Positions 9,184-17,756 of a stretch of DNA of 64,000 nucleotides are shown piece after piece (position 1 is the stretch's first letter; the number at the start of each line of letters is the position of its first letter). Below the pieces are notes generated by a model. That model saw nothing but the letters and a program-made list of their open reading frames with translations. It ran no database searches and was not told where the DNA came from. The stretch spans positions 52,898 through 116,897 of the forward strand of contig JAIFWJ010000002.1 of assembly GCA_019661865.1 (NCBI GenBank), in the 5' to 3' direction. The translations under genes and the position numbers were made by a program. This stretch comes from Candidatus Parcubacteria bacterium. GTDB lineage: Bacteria > Patescibacteriota > Minisyncoccia > Phycocordibacterales > Zambryskibacteraceae.

Positions 9184-9295
9184 TATGTTCACTTCGTTCA
9201 AATGGAGGCCGCAAGCGGACCGTGGCTTCGTGGTCGCGCACTACATGCGCGGTTCGGAAGAAAGCAGTTTCTTCCCCATCTCAGCCACTCCTCCA
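9184..9295 (-). other. tRNA-Ser 5'-end fragment (16-nt exact duplicate) plus a ~100-nt GC-rich structured spacer; no complete tRNA
   Basis: ctcagccactcctcca occurs at both 9168-9183 and 9280-9295. The spacer contains perfect hairpins GGAAGAAA-CTGC-TTTCTTCC and CGCGCA-TGTAG-TGCGCG. No T-arm or anticodon arm could be built. Confidence 0.4.
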
Positions 9296-9318
9296 GTCAG
9301 ACTATAAAAGCATAAAAT

Positions 9319-9555
9319 TTATCCTTCTACCACCTCGACCTTGTACTTGCGGGCGATAACAAAAATATAGAAGATCTCGAGTATCCCGAGAGTATTTACT
9401 ATAAGTAGGGCCATGAACCAATACTTTTGTCTGAGTCCGGCGGCTTTCCATAGGGCGACACCTTTCCAAGCCATTGCCCATACTAAGAAAAGTAAGGCAA
9501 GTCCTGGGTGAGCGTTGAGCCAAGCTAGGATTACTGGAGGATTGTTTGTATTCAT
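9319..9555 (-). CDS. small hypothetical membrane protein
   Basis: 78 aa with two hydrophobic helices. Confidence 0.45.
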   Translation of the reverse strand: MNTNNPPVILAWLNAHPGLALLFLVWAMAWKGVALWKAAGLRQKYWFMALLIVNTLGILEIFYIFVIARKYKVEVVEG

Positions 9556-9575
9556 TTGGACATTATACTATGGAC

Positions 9576-9956
9576 ATGGGGTTACTCGGTATAGACTTCG
9601 GAGAGAAACGCGTTGGTGTGGCCTCGACGGATGAGAGTGGAGTCTTCGCACTACCTAGAATGGTTCTTCCTAACGACGAACATCTCTTGAACCACGTCTT
9701 GAAACTACTTAAGAAGTTCGGAGCAGAAAAAATTATTATGGGAGAGTCTAAGAATCTTGATGGGACCCCTAATCCTATTAATAAAGATATAAATAAGTTT
9801 GCGGAAGATCTTAGAGCGGCCGGGGTAGAAGTGGTGCTTCATAATGAAGTCTTTACCTCACAAGAAGCAGAGAGACTGCAAGGTAAGAACAGTATGATAG
9901 ATGCTTCTGCAGCAGCAATTATTTTAAAAAGTTATATTGATACATATAACAGATGA
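9576..9956 (+). CDS. ruvX: Holliday junction resolvase-like protein RuvX/YqgF
   Basis: N-terminus MGLLGIDFGEKRVGVA is the canonical YqgF start. The start is chosen at Met11 of the ORF; alternatives are 9546 or 9570. Confidence 0.8.
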   Translation: MGLLGIDFGEKRVGVASTDESGVFALPRMVLPNDEHLLNHVLKLLKKFGAEKIIMGESKNLDGTPNPINKDINKFAEDLRAAGVEVVLHNEVFTSQEAERLQGKNSMIDASAAAIILKSYIDTYNR

Positions 9957-10297
9957 TAAACATTGACGAGTTCAAGAAAGTAGAGATCAAGGCAGGGGAG
10001 ATTCTTTCTGTGGAAGTGATAGAAGGAAGTGAGAAGTTACTTAAACTCTCAGTCGACTTCGGTGAGGAGAGACCCAGACAAGTGGTCTCTGGTATACGCA
10101 AGTACTTCGAAGACTTGCCTGCGCAGGCGGGTCTACATCCTCTAGTGGGAGTGAAATGCGCCTTCGTCACCAACCTAGAACCTCGTCCGCTTATGGGACT
10201 TGTAAGTGAGGCTATGATACTGGCAGTACATACAGATTCGAGCTTCTCACTTCTTAGGGTTTCTCCGGATACACCGCTCGGTGCCTCGGCTTCTTAA
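9953..10297 (+). CDS. tRNA-binding protein (CsaA/Myf, EMAP-like OB domain)
   Basis: The sequence FKKVEIKAGEILSVEVIEGSEKLLKLSVDFGEE...VVSGI is the pattern of the tRNA-binding OB fold. Confidence 0.75.
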   Translation: MINIDEFKKVEIKAGEILSVEVIEGSEKLLKLSVDFGEERPRQVVSGIRKYFEDLPAQAGLHPLVGVKCAFVTNLEPRPLMGLVSEAMILAVHTDSSFSLLRVSPDTPLGASAS

Positions 10298-10316
10298 GAC
10301 GTGTATAATAATACAA

Positions 10317-11336
10317 ATGGTTTCGCACGTTCCCAGCATGGTAGAGCGCAAGAAGGGATTCTTCGACTTTTTCCCTCCGCCTAAGTTTCTACTCCTCTCT
10401 ACTGAAGGTGTGGCGGTCTCAGATGCAGGAATCCAGTTCGTACAATTCGATAAAGCCTCGAAGAAAGGCGGTTTCGCTCTCCTTCATTGTGCAGAGCTTG
10501 CTCTTCCAGATGGCATTGTGGTGAATGGGGCGGTAGCGAACAAGGAATCCCTAGTTAAGTCTCTTGAAGAACTTCGGGCCAGGTATCATCTCCGCTATGT
10601 CCATGTCACTTTTCCCGAAGAAAAGGCTTATGTATTTACCACTACCATAGAGAAGGTTCAGTATGCTGGCCTCCGAGATGCTATTGCCTTTACTATAGAA
10701 GAGAATGTGCCGGTATCTCTCTCCGAATCTGTTTTCGACTTCGATATTGTGGGAGCTACAGAAGAAAGAGGGGAGATAAAAGTGGCCGTGTCCGTACTTC
10801 CTGCCGAGGTTATGCAATCTTATTTGGAAGTGTACAGTTTGGCAGGATTAATTCCAATATCCTTTGACATTGAGTCTCAAGCCATTGCTCGTGCTCTCGT
10901 ACCGCGTGATGATCCTAGGACACATCTCATTATCAACTTAAATGAGAAAAAATCTGGGTTATATGTGGCAGAGGACGGAGTAGTGCAGTTCAGCTCCACT
11001 CTGCCTCTGGGAGTTGGTACAGCATCAGGCGGAGATGTGGCAGGGCTGAAGTCGGAGATGCGCAAACTCTTCGCTTTCTGGAATACTCGTATAGATAAGG
11101 ATGGTACACCAGGGAAGAGGATTGAAAGGATTCTTTTCTCAGGTATTGGGGCCAAGAATGAGGAATTTATCGGTGAGCTTATGTCCGGTATAGAGATAGA
11201 TTATGCGGTGGGAAATGTGTGGGTGAATGCGTTCTCGTTCGAAGAGTTCGTACCAGATGTGCCGTTCGAAGAATCTCTTTCACTCGCAGGTGCAGTGGGG
11301 GCCGCCTTACCGGTAAACGAAGCTGATTATGTTTAA
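10317..11336 (+). CDS. pilM: type IV pilus assembly protein PilM-like (actin-like ATPase)
   Basis: Contains FFDFFPPPK...GIQFVQF and is followed by PilN- and PilO-like single-pass membrane genes. The start is at Met13 of the ORF. Confidence 0.65.
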   Translation: MVSHVPSMVERKKGFFDFFPPPKFLLLSTEGVAVSDAGIQFVQFDKASKKGGFALLHCAELALPDGIVVNGAVANKESLVKSLEELRARYHLRYVHVTFPEEKAYVFTTTIEKVQYAGLRDAIAFTIEENVPVSLSESVFDFDIVGATEERGEIKVAVSVLPAEVMQSYLEVYSLAGLIPISFDIESQAIARALVPRDDPRTHLIINLNEKKSGLYVAEDGVVQFSSTLPLGVGTASGGDVAGLKSEMRKLFAFWNTRIDKDGTPGKRIERILFSGIGAKNEEFIGELMSGIEIDYAVGNVWVNAFSFEEFVPDVPFEESLSLAGAVGAALPVNEADYV

Positions 11337-11865
11337 ACTTCTTTCTCCAGAGCAGAATAAGATTGTGGAAGGCGAGTATAAGCGCAGGAGGTTTATTGTA
11401 TTTCTACTTGGACTGAACTTCGTACTTGTGCTCGGAGTTATCGGGCTTTTCCCCACGTATGCACTGGTCACTACGAGACTTACCGCAGTTAACGATCTGA
11501 TTAGTAATCTCAACCACAACATGGGTACCTCCACAGATGCAGATCTTAAGGCTTGGGCAGACGAGACCAACAAGACATTGGCGCTTCTCACTCCAGTTAA
11601 TGACACCGATGCGCCGTATGAATTCTTCCAAGAGATAATTAATTCTAAGTCCTCGGGAGTCCACTTAAGCGCACTCTCTTGGCATAAGGATGCTAAGAAG
11701 GTTTCTCTCATTCTTACTGGAGTGGCCAAGGACAGACAGGCCCTTCTTGACTTCGAAAGTAAGTTAAACAGTTCTTCCAAGTTCGCCCCAACGAACTTCC
11801 CGGTGTCGGATTTGGCACAAGATAAAGATATTAACTTCCAAGTGACCTTAAATCCTGCTTTATGA
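11329..11865 (+). CDS. PilN-like single-pass membrane protein
   Basis: N-terminal transmembrane helix after a basic stretch; its position after the pilM-like gene supports the call. Confidence 0.45.
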   Translation: MFKLLSPEQNKIVEGEYKRRRFIVFLLGLNFVLVLGVIGLFPTYALVTTRLTAVNDLISNLNHNMGTSTDADLKAWADETNKTLALLTPVNDTDAPYEFFQEIINSKSSGVHLSALSWHKDAKKVSLILTGVAKDRQALLDFESKLNSSSKFAPTNFPVSDLAQDKDINFQVTLNPAL

Positions 11866-12437
11866 GTTCATTTTCTACCAAAACTTTATTCTTCTTCTCG
11901 ACATTACTACTTATAGGGCTCTTAGGAGTATTTGTTTATGGTGTGTATATTGTGAACAACAAGCAAAAGCAAGTTGAAATGCTCCAAAGTGAAGCGGGTA
12001 GCGGTTCTAAGGGTGACACATTAATCCAAGCTCTGAAAACAATTCAAAATAATGACAGAGATGAGCTCCTGGCTTTAAATGATTTAATAATTACTAAAGA
12101 GAGTTTAGTCACGCTCTTAGAATTGATAGAGAAAACGGCCAAGGATCTTGGACTCGATATAAAAGTGAATTCATTACAAGGTACTGAAAAGACCACCAAG
12201 GCCTCGCCCTCTCCGACCGTGAATGTTTCGTTAACTACTACTGGCAGTTGGATCTCGAGTATTACCTTCGTCCATGCCATAGAGAGCTTGCCTTACAGAG
12301 TGATCATAGACACTACAGATATGAGTACGAGTGTTGGACTGGTAGAAGAAGGGAAGAAGAGTTCTCCGGTGTGGAGAAGTTCGTATCAGTTAACGTTGTA
12401 TTCTTCTAAGGATCCTGTTAAAACTGTCGAACAGTAG
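11862..12437 (+). CDS. PilO-like single-pass membrane protein
   Basis: N-terminal transmembrane helix followed by a coiled-coil region; called from its place in the operon. Confidence 0.4.
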   Translation: MSSFSTKTLFFFSTLLLIGLLGVFVYGVYIVNNKQKQVEMLQSEAGSGSKGDTLIQALKTIQNNDRDELLALNDLIITKESLVTLLELIEKTAKDLGLDIKVNSLQGTEKTTKASPSPTVNVSLTTTGSWISSITFVHAIESLPYRVIIDTTDMSTSVGLVEEGKKSSPVWRSSYQLTLYSSKDPVKTVEQ

Positions 12438-12445
12438 AAAATAAT

Positions 12446-12757
12446 ATGAAAAAGTTTAAATTACCAACATTTGAGCGTAACGGCAAGTTCCTAGGGTTCG
12501 GAACTTCACCTAAAAGAGATTGGAAAATAATCTTTCTCTCCGTTTCTGTGGCCGCGGCCCTGGTTATTGCTTTCTGTGCTTATACATTTCTACATTTAAA
12601 TAGTAATGACACTATAGTAGACAAGGGACAGAGCGCGCCTCTAGGACTTGTTAATGAGAAGCTCTTGAAGAAAGTGGTGACTTATTATAAAGAAAAGAGT
12701 GCGAGACTTGAGACTATAAAAACTACTAAGGATACGATCCTAGACCCATCTCTCTAG
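12446..12757 (+). CDS. small hypothetical membrane protein
   Basis: 103 aa with one transmembrane helix. Confidence 0.4.
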   Translation: MKKFKLPTFERNGKFLGFGTSPKRDWKIIFLSVSVAAALVIAFCAYTFLHLNSNDTIVDKGQSAPLGLVNEKLLKKVVTYYKEKSARLETIKTTKDTILDPSL

Positions 12758-12778
12758 TTTGTGTAATATTGCCGTATT

Positions 12779-12850
12779 GCCTCCGTAGCTCAATGGATAG
12801 AGCAGTGCTCTTCTAAGGCATTGATGTGGGTTCGATTCCTGCCGGAGGCG
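12779..12850 (+). tRNA. tRNA-Arg (anticodon TCT)
   Basis: GCCTCCG-TA-GCTC-AATGGATA-GAGC-A-GTGCT-CTTCTAA-GGCAT-TGATG-GTGGG-TTCGATT-CCTGC-CGGAGGC-G. Confidence 0.75.
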
Positions 12851-12880
12851 TCTCGAATTAAATATATTTTTCTCGTTTTG

Positions 12881-12953
12881 TGGGCGATACAGGACTCGAA
12901 CCTGTGGCATCTTCAGTGTAAATGAAGCGCTCTACCAACTGAGCTAATCGCCC
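12881..12953 (-). tRNA. tRNA-Val (anticodon TAC)
   Basis: The reverse complement folds as GGGCGAT-TA-GCTC-AGTTGGTA-GAGC-G-CTTCA-TTTACAC-TGAAG-ATGCC-ACAGG-TTCGAGT-CCTGT-ATCGCCC-A. Confidence 0.75.
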
Positions 12954-13006
12954 GCACCGAACTGTAGAACGATACTATCATATAGTGTATGCTCAGTGCA
13001 CGGAAT

Positions 13007-13089
13007 GGGCACGTGGCGAAATGGCAGACGCGCTGGCTTCAGGAGCCAGTTCCCTCACGGGATTGGAGGTTCAAGTCCTCTCGTGCCCA
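13007..13089 (+). tRNA. tRNA-Leu (anticodon CAG), type II
   Basis: GGGCACG...CTGGC-TTCAGGA-GCCAG...long variable arm...GGAGG-TTCAAGT-CCTCT-CGTGCCC-A. Confidence 0.75.
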
Positions 13090-13103
13090 CAAGTACTGAA
13101 CTT

Positions 13104-13823
13104 ATGGATAAAATTCCAGAAATTCTATTTGAAGATAAAGATACTCTGGTCATAAATAAACCGGCGGGACTTGTCGTACATTCGGATGGTCGGACTAAGG
13201 AGCCGTCTGTGGCAGAGTGGTTTATAAATAAATATCCGGAATCGAAGAATGTCGGAGAGCCAATAGAACTTAAAAGTGGAGAAAAGATCGAGAGGTGGGG
13301 TGTCGTCCACAGGATAGACAGAGAAACTTCCGGAGTGCTTTTACTTGCGAAGACCGAAGAGGGATTTAATAATCTAAAAGAGCAATTTAAAAACCGAGAG
13401 ATCGAGAAAATTTATCATGCATTCTTATATGGGAAGCTCAAGGAAGATCACGGAACAATTAATTTACCGATTGCTCGCAGTACTAGTGACTTTCGCAAGT
13501 GGTCTGCAGAGAGAGGTGCAAGAGGGGAGAAACGAGAAGCTGTAACATACTTCCAAGTTCTTAAGCGCGGAGATGCTTGGACATTTGTCGAGGCCAAGCC
13601 GAAGACAGGCAGAACTCACCAACTAAGAGTGCATTTTAAAGCCCTACATACTCCAGTAGTTTGTGACTCTTTATATGCTAAAGGAAAAGAGCCAATCCTT
13701 GGCTTCAAGCGCCTAGCGCTCCATGCAAGACAGATTACTTTCACAGATACTTCTGGTCAGAAACAGACTGTAGAGGCGCCGTATCCGGCTGATTTTGAAA
13801 ACGCTATAAAAGCCCTTAAATAA
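13104..13823 (+). CDS. RluA-family pseudouridine synthase
   Basis: Motifs LVINKPAGLVVH and HRIDRETSGVLLLAK identify the family. The ORF track's 12996 start runs through tRNA-Leu, so the true start is taken at MDKIP. Confidence 0.8.
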   Translation: MDKIPEILFEDKDTLVINKPAGLVVHSDGRTKEPSVAEWFINKYPESKNVGEPIELKSGEKIERWGVVHRIDRETSGVLLLAKTEEGFNNLKEQFKNREIEKIYHAFLYGKLKEDHGTINLPIARSTSDFRKWSAERGARGEKREAVTYFQVLKRGDAWTFVEAKPKTGRTHQLRVHFKALHTPVVCDSLYAKGKEPILGFKRLALHARQITFTDTSGQKQTVEAPYPADFENAIKALK

Positions 13824-13918
13824 GGCTCTAAATCCATTATTGACAAAGCTTTAAAATAAGAGTATAATTCAAGAAGATCTTTCAATCGGAGCAGCCATGC
13901 TCCTCAACCCACTGGAGG

Positions 13919-14455
13919 GTGCATAAAATGGCTATCAAGCTGATCTCGATTTGTGATTGGGGCAATTGCTATGTTCTTGAGCTCAACCAGGACGAGTTCG
14001 GGTACTCTGGTACGCTCGTGTATCACAAGCACGGTGTCGAGCCGAGAGTAATATGGACTAACCACAATTTCGCGACGCTCGAAGATGCGGAACGCTTCTC
14101 TTTGGACCGCGGCCAACCGAAGAACGAGGACTGGTATATCGGACTCTGCGAGGGGCTTTTCCCCGAGGATGTAGACGTGGCATTGGTCCGTGCAGAACAT
14201 GCTTTCATGCTCAACCTCGCATACAAGCTGAAGAGCTACGACATTGTCTGGAAACAAGAGGGTCGGTACCATCCTGACAGGCCGCGAGACTCTCGCTTCA
14301 AGTGTCCAGACAGGGTGCTTGTCATCCGGATTCCGGAGAGCGGTGTAGTTCGTTGTCCAGAGCGTTTCTTCGGCCGAGTGATCGGCAAGAAGGGCGTGAA
14401 GATCAATAAGCTGTCCGAGAAGCATGGGGTGCGCATCAACCTTGTAAGGGTCTAA
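13919..14455 (+). CDS. hypothetical protein with a C-terminal KH domain, encoded in a GC-rich islet (~53% GC)
   Basis: C-terminal GRVIGKKGVKINKLSEKHGVRINL is a KH-domain GxxG motif. An SD (ggaggg) lies upstream and a terminator hairpin downstream. An alternative start is 13928. Confidence 0.5.
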   Translation: MHKMAIKLISICDWGNCYVLELNQDEFGYSGTLVYHKHGVEPRVIWTNHNFATLEDAERFSLDRGQPKNEDWYIGLCEGLFPEDVDVALVRAEHAFMLNLAYKLKSYDIVWKQEGRYHPDRPRDSRFKCPDRVLVIRIPESGVVRCPERFFGRVIGKKGVKINKLSEKHGVRINLVRV

Positions 14456-14473
14456 GACCCGAATGATGCAATG

Positions 14474-14504
14474 GGCTCCACGTAGTGTGGAGCCTTATTC
14501 TTTA
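14474..14504 (+). terminator. rho-independent terminator
   Basis: Stem ggctccac/gtggagcc with loop gtagt, then ttattcttta. Confidence 0.5.
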
Positions 14505-14539
14505 CATAAACCTGGTCACATGTTAGATTGTTGCGACTT

Positions 14540-14935
14540 ATGAATAGAGTAATTAGCCCAGTAAAGGTAGAAGACCGAGCCAAGCTCGATTTCCGTTCTG
14601 GAGATACCGTACGTGTCTGGCAGAAGATCCAGGAGAAAGGGAAGACTCGTCTTCAGGCCTTCGAAGGTCTAGTCCTTGCACGCAAGCACGGCACTGAGGC
14701 AGGCGGTACTTTCACCGTACGCCGCGTAGCATCGGGTGTGGGTGTTGAGAGGATCTATCCTTTATACTCTCCTATGGTCGACAAGATCGAGGTGGTGAAG
14801 CGTGCCAAGGTTCGCCGTTCCAAGCTCTACCACATCCGTGATAAGGCCGCCAAGGATATCCGTCGCCAGATGAGAAATGCACGTATGGCTGTTGAGCCTG
14901 AACATGCAGTAGAAGTTCCTAGCGAGAACGCTTAA
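14540..14935 (+). CDS. rplS: 50S ribosomal protein L19
   Basis: Begins [11 protein letters not shown]...FRSGDTVRV; the protein is an L19 homolog. Confidence 0.85.
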   Translation: MNRVISPVKVEDRAKLDFRSGDTVRVWQKIQEKGKTRLQAFEGLVLARKHGTEAGGTFTVRRVASGVGVERIYPLYSPMVDKIEVVKRAKVRRSKLYHIRDKAAKDIRRQMRNARMAVEPEHAVEVPSENA

Positions 14936-14957
14936 GATTTGATATTGTGTCCGCATT

Positions 14958-15042
14958 GCGCAGGTGTTGAAATTGGTAGACAAGCACGCTTGAGGTGCGT
15001 GTGCCGTAAGGCGTGGGAGTTCAAGTCTCCCCCTGCGCACCA
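14958..15042 (+). tRNA. tRNA-Leu (anticodon GAG), type II, CCA encoded
   Basis: GCGCAGG...CACGC-TTGAGGT-GCGTG...variable arm...GGGAG-TTCAAGT-CTCCC-CCTGCGC-A-CCA. Confidence 0.75.
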
Positions 15043-15092
15043 AGTTTGGTCAGCTTTATTTAACCCTCTTTCTCTGTTATAAAGAGTGCGAT

Positions 15093-15165
15093 GGTGCCTA
15101 TAGTGTAATGGTTAGCACTGAAGCTTGTGGAGCTTCCAGTTCGGGTTCAAATCCCGATAGGCACC
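15093..15165 (+). tRNA. tRNA-His (anticodon GTG), with encoded G-1 and C73
   Basis: G(-1)-GTGCCTA...GAAGC-TTGTGGA-GCTTC...TCGGG-TTCAAAT-CCCGA-TAGGCAC-C. The 3' half is overlapped by the recombinase ORF on the opposite strand. Confidence 0.75.
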
Positions 15166-16746
15166 CCTTTCGGTCGTTAATATAACTGCCTCTCTGGGGT
15201 ATATATTTGCGACCACACTAGCTCGTTCCTTTGGTAGGACGAGCTTTTGTGTTTCTTCAGATACCATCGCTCCGATTGTTTCTAGTGCTAAAACTATTGG
15301 AGCCTTCTTTGCTTCCACTATCTTCTTCTCTGAAGCCCTAAACTCATCCCAGAATAGCCCTAAATAAAGGCGCTTGAGTGGATCCGTAGCTTTACCATAC
15401 GCCTTACCGATATCTCTTATTAAAGCTAAGAGTTCTTGAATCACATCAACCTTAAGATTTTTAGACTGTTCTAGTTTATAGATCTCGTCATCGATATTAT
15501 CGATCTGTTCTCGGATGTTTTTCTTAATCCTTGTAAACGCTTCATCAGATAGTGTGCTATTAAGAAGTTTTTCCTCAGCTGTCTCTAATTTCTTTTCAAG
15601 ATTTAATCTTGTGGCTACTAATCTATTTTTCTTTTCTGCTACACCTGATTTCTTGTTCTCGTGTAATTCTTTAACCTTTAATACAATCCTTTCTATAAAT
15701 GCAGGGGAAAATTGTAGGTTATTGAAGTGTTCCTGTACTTGCTGTTCCAAGTCCCACGTTTCCACGTATTTGTCAGTGCATTTAATTTGATCTCCCGACC
15801 TGTTGCAGTGATAATATGATTTTTTCTTGGGTATGTGGTGTTCAGCTGTATATCGTTGTCCGCAAATCGCACAGAAGACAAAACCTTTAAGCAGGAAAGT
15901 ATGTTTGCCTCTGCGGCATGCATATTTATTATGTTCGGCGAGTACCTGCTGGCATCGATCATAAATCTCCTTCGTGATTAAAGCCTCATGATTCGCATTC
16001 TTGTTAATCTTTCCTCTCCAATGTGCTTCTCTGAAGTAGAAAGTAGATTTGAACATTCTAGCCATCTTACTGTGAGCGATTCTTTTCCCGACTAAGGTGA
16101 CGAATCCTTTTTTGTGTAATATGTCTCGTATCTCTAACACAGAATAGTCACCTGTACTCAACATTTGAAATGCCTCTGTGACGAGAGGGCCTCTGATTGG
16201 GTCCGTAACTATTATTCGTATCTTTTCATCTGTAGGATCTCCAGCATTCAGATAACCAATAGGTGCTTTTGTAGGCCAACCACCGTCAGCAAACTTCTGG
16301 TCGGTATTCTTAACTGTTTTTCTTGAGGTAATTTGTGACTGTAATTGGTTCACACCTGCAATTACTAGGTCCATGAAGTTTCCTTCGGGAGTATCTTCCA
16401 TACCTGGTTGTGAGACTGAGACCAATCTCACGTCGGCTTTTTGAAGAAGGATTTTGATAGTGAGATGATCTCTCACATTCCTTGTTAGTCTATCAGTGTC
16501 TTGTACGAAGACTGCTTTTATTGTTTTATCTTCCTGTATTCGCAATAACAGATCCTGTAAGCCAGGACGATTCATGTTCGTGGCTGTTTTGCCTGGATCT
16601 ACGTAGACTCCATCTTCAGCTAACTTATATTCCTTACTATCTTCGATTCCTCTTTCGCAAAGCCTCAATTGTGTTTTAAGTGAGTGACGTTCATCACCAG
16701 CTTGTTCATCAGTTGAAACTCTGCAGTATATTAATGCTTTTTTCAT
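15112..16746 (-). CDS. large serine recombinase (resolvase N-domain, recombinase domain, zinc ribbon, coiled coil)
   Basis: N-terminus MKKALIYCRVSTDEQ carries the catalytic Ser at the canonical position. The 544 aa length and a Cys cluster (CAICGQ...CNRSGDQIKC) fit a large serine recombinase. The C-terminal ~45 codons are the complement of tRNA-His plus its terminator. Confidence 0.85.
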   Translation of the reverse strand: MKKALIYCRVSTDEQAGDERHSLKTQLRLCERGIEDSKEYKLAEDGVYVDPGKTATNMNRPGLQDLLLRIQEDKTIKAVFVQDTDRLTRNVRDHLTIKILLQKADVRLVSVSQPGMEDTPEGNFMDLVIAGVNQLQSQITSRKTVKNTDQKFADGGWPTKAPIGYLNAGDPTDEKIRIIVTDPIRGPLVTEAFQMLSTGDYSVLEIRDILHKKGFVTLVGKRIAHSKMARMFKSTFYFREAHWRGKINKNANHEALITKEIYDRCQQVLAEHNKYACRRGKHTFLLKGFVFCAICGQRYTAEHHIPKKKSYYHCNRSGDQIKCTDKYVETWDLEQQVQEHFNNLQFSPAFIERIVLKVKELHENKKSGVAEKKNRLVATRLNLEKKLETAEEKLLNSTLSDEAFTRIKKNIREQIDNIDDEIYKLEQSKNLKVDVIQELLALIRDIGKAYGKATDPLKRLYLGLFWDEFRASEKKIVEAKKAPIVLALETIGAMVSEETQKLVLPKERASVVANIYPREAVILTTERGAYRDLNPNWKLHKLQC

Positions 16747-16806
16747 ATTTTTTGTTTACACACATCATCTCGAGAACAGTGGATATAGCAAGTGGATTAC
16801 CAAGCT

Positions 16807-17256
16807 CTAAGTAACCTTATTTCTGGCTTTATTTCTAATAGATTTTTGAAGTTCGATACACTCAGGTCTTTGCAGTCTTTCCGTAATACAACGTGCGTAT
16901 GCTTCCACATGAGTCTCTTCTATTCCAATAACTTGGACTTGAAAAAGTAAAATGCTAAATTTTTTCAGAAATGTAGTAAATTTTTCAAGGCAATAAACGC
17001 TTCTAGATATTCGCTCAGAATTGTATACATACACTGCTTTGATTTCATCATCCGATATGATTCTGAGCATCAGTTCTGATAAGGCAGCTCTTTCCATACT
17101 CATACCAGATTGGCCAATATCTGTGTAGGTGCCATTTTCGGCAAGTTCGTAGTCCTTGCTGTTACTGATAGCTAGTCTGGTCAATTTTAATTGAGATTCG
17201 ATAGAGTCCCTGTTCTCTAAACTTGTGGTTCTGCAATAAATAAGTGCTTTTTTCAT
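16807..17256 (-). CDS. resolvase N-terminal-domain-only paralog (possibly catalytically inactive)
   Basis: 149 aa, paralogous to the N-domain of the adjacent recombinase (MKKALIYCR..., IKAVYVYNSERISR). The canonical Ser position is Thr (RTTS versus RVST). Confidence 0.55.
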   Translation of the reverse strand: MKKALIYCRTTSLENRDSIESQLKLTRLAISNSKDYELAENGTYTDIGQSGMSMERAALSELMLRIISDDEIKAVYVYNSERISRSVYCLEKFTTFLKKFSILLFQVQVIGIEETHVEAYARCITERLQRPECIELQKSIRNKARNKVT

Positions 17257-17279
17257 TTTGTTTCTAAGATTTATGGTTA

Positions 17280-17714
17280 TTAGTTCAACTGATCAATATA
17301 TTCCTGTCCTATTTCATCGATTAAGGTTTCCTTGCCATTATTTATGTGTGTGATCTTAAACTGGTCACCAGGTTGATGCTGGTGAAAAATATATTCTCTA
17401 ATATCGTCTTCTGTAGGGGAGGTGAATATCCTTTTATAATCATCTTGAAAAGCATTGGTATTTTTCCAATCTAGCGAATAATAGACAGGACTACTTTCTG
17501 CGTTCTTACTTCTTCTTAAGAGATCGTTAAATATAACTGCATAGTTAATTGATTGATCAATCACATCATATATTTGCCCCGCTTGTTCTAAGAATCTATC
17601 TTCTGCATCCTCAATTTCTTTTGTTGTTAACTTTCTCCCAAGTAGAATAAATGCTTTTCTCTGAACATCTCCCTCTGTGACACTAATCCATTCATTTTCC
17701 ATTACGTAACTCAT
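17280..17714 (-). CDS. hypothetical acidic protein
   Basis: 144 aa, AT-rich, in the same orientation as the recombinase genes. No recognisable domain. Confidence 0.45.
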   Translation of the reverse strand: MSYVMENEWISVTEGDVQRKAFILLGRKLTTKEIEDAEDRFLEQAGQIYDVIDQSINYAVIFNDLLRRSKNAESSPVYYSLDWKNTNAFQDDYKRIFTSPTEDDIREYIFHQHQPGDQFKITHINNGKETLIDEIGQEYIDQLN

Positions 17715-17756
17715 ATTTTTATTTAATTTAATAAGGTAATTGATACGGCATTCGAG

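Noticed and set aside
9184-9295. Second tRNA-Ser, tRNA-Sec, or SRP RNA
   Set aside because: Only the first 15 nt match tRNA-Ser and no T-arm or anticodon arm can be built. GGAAGAAAGCAG superficially resembles SRP domain IV, but here GGAAGAAA is a stem strand rather than the GNRA loop.
12996-13823. 275 aa ORF as listed in the track
   Set aside because: Its first 36 codons run through tRNA-Leu(CAG). The RluA-like protein starts at 13104.
13904-14425. 173 aa minus-strand ORF overlapping the KH-domain gene
   Set aside because: The plus-strand frame has a KH GxxG motif, an SD and a downstream terminator. The minus frame has none of these.
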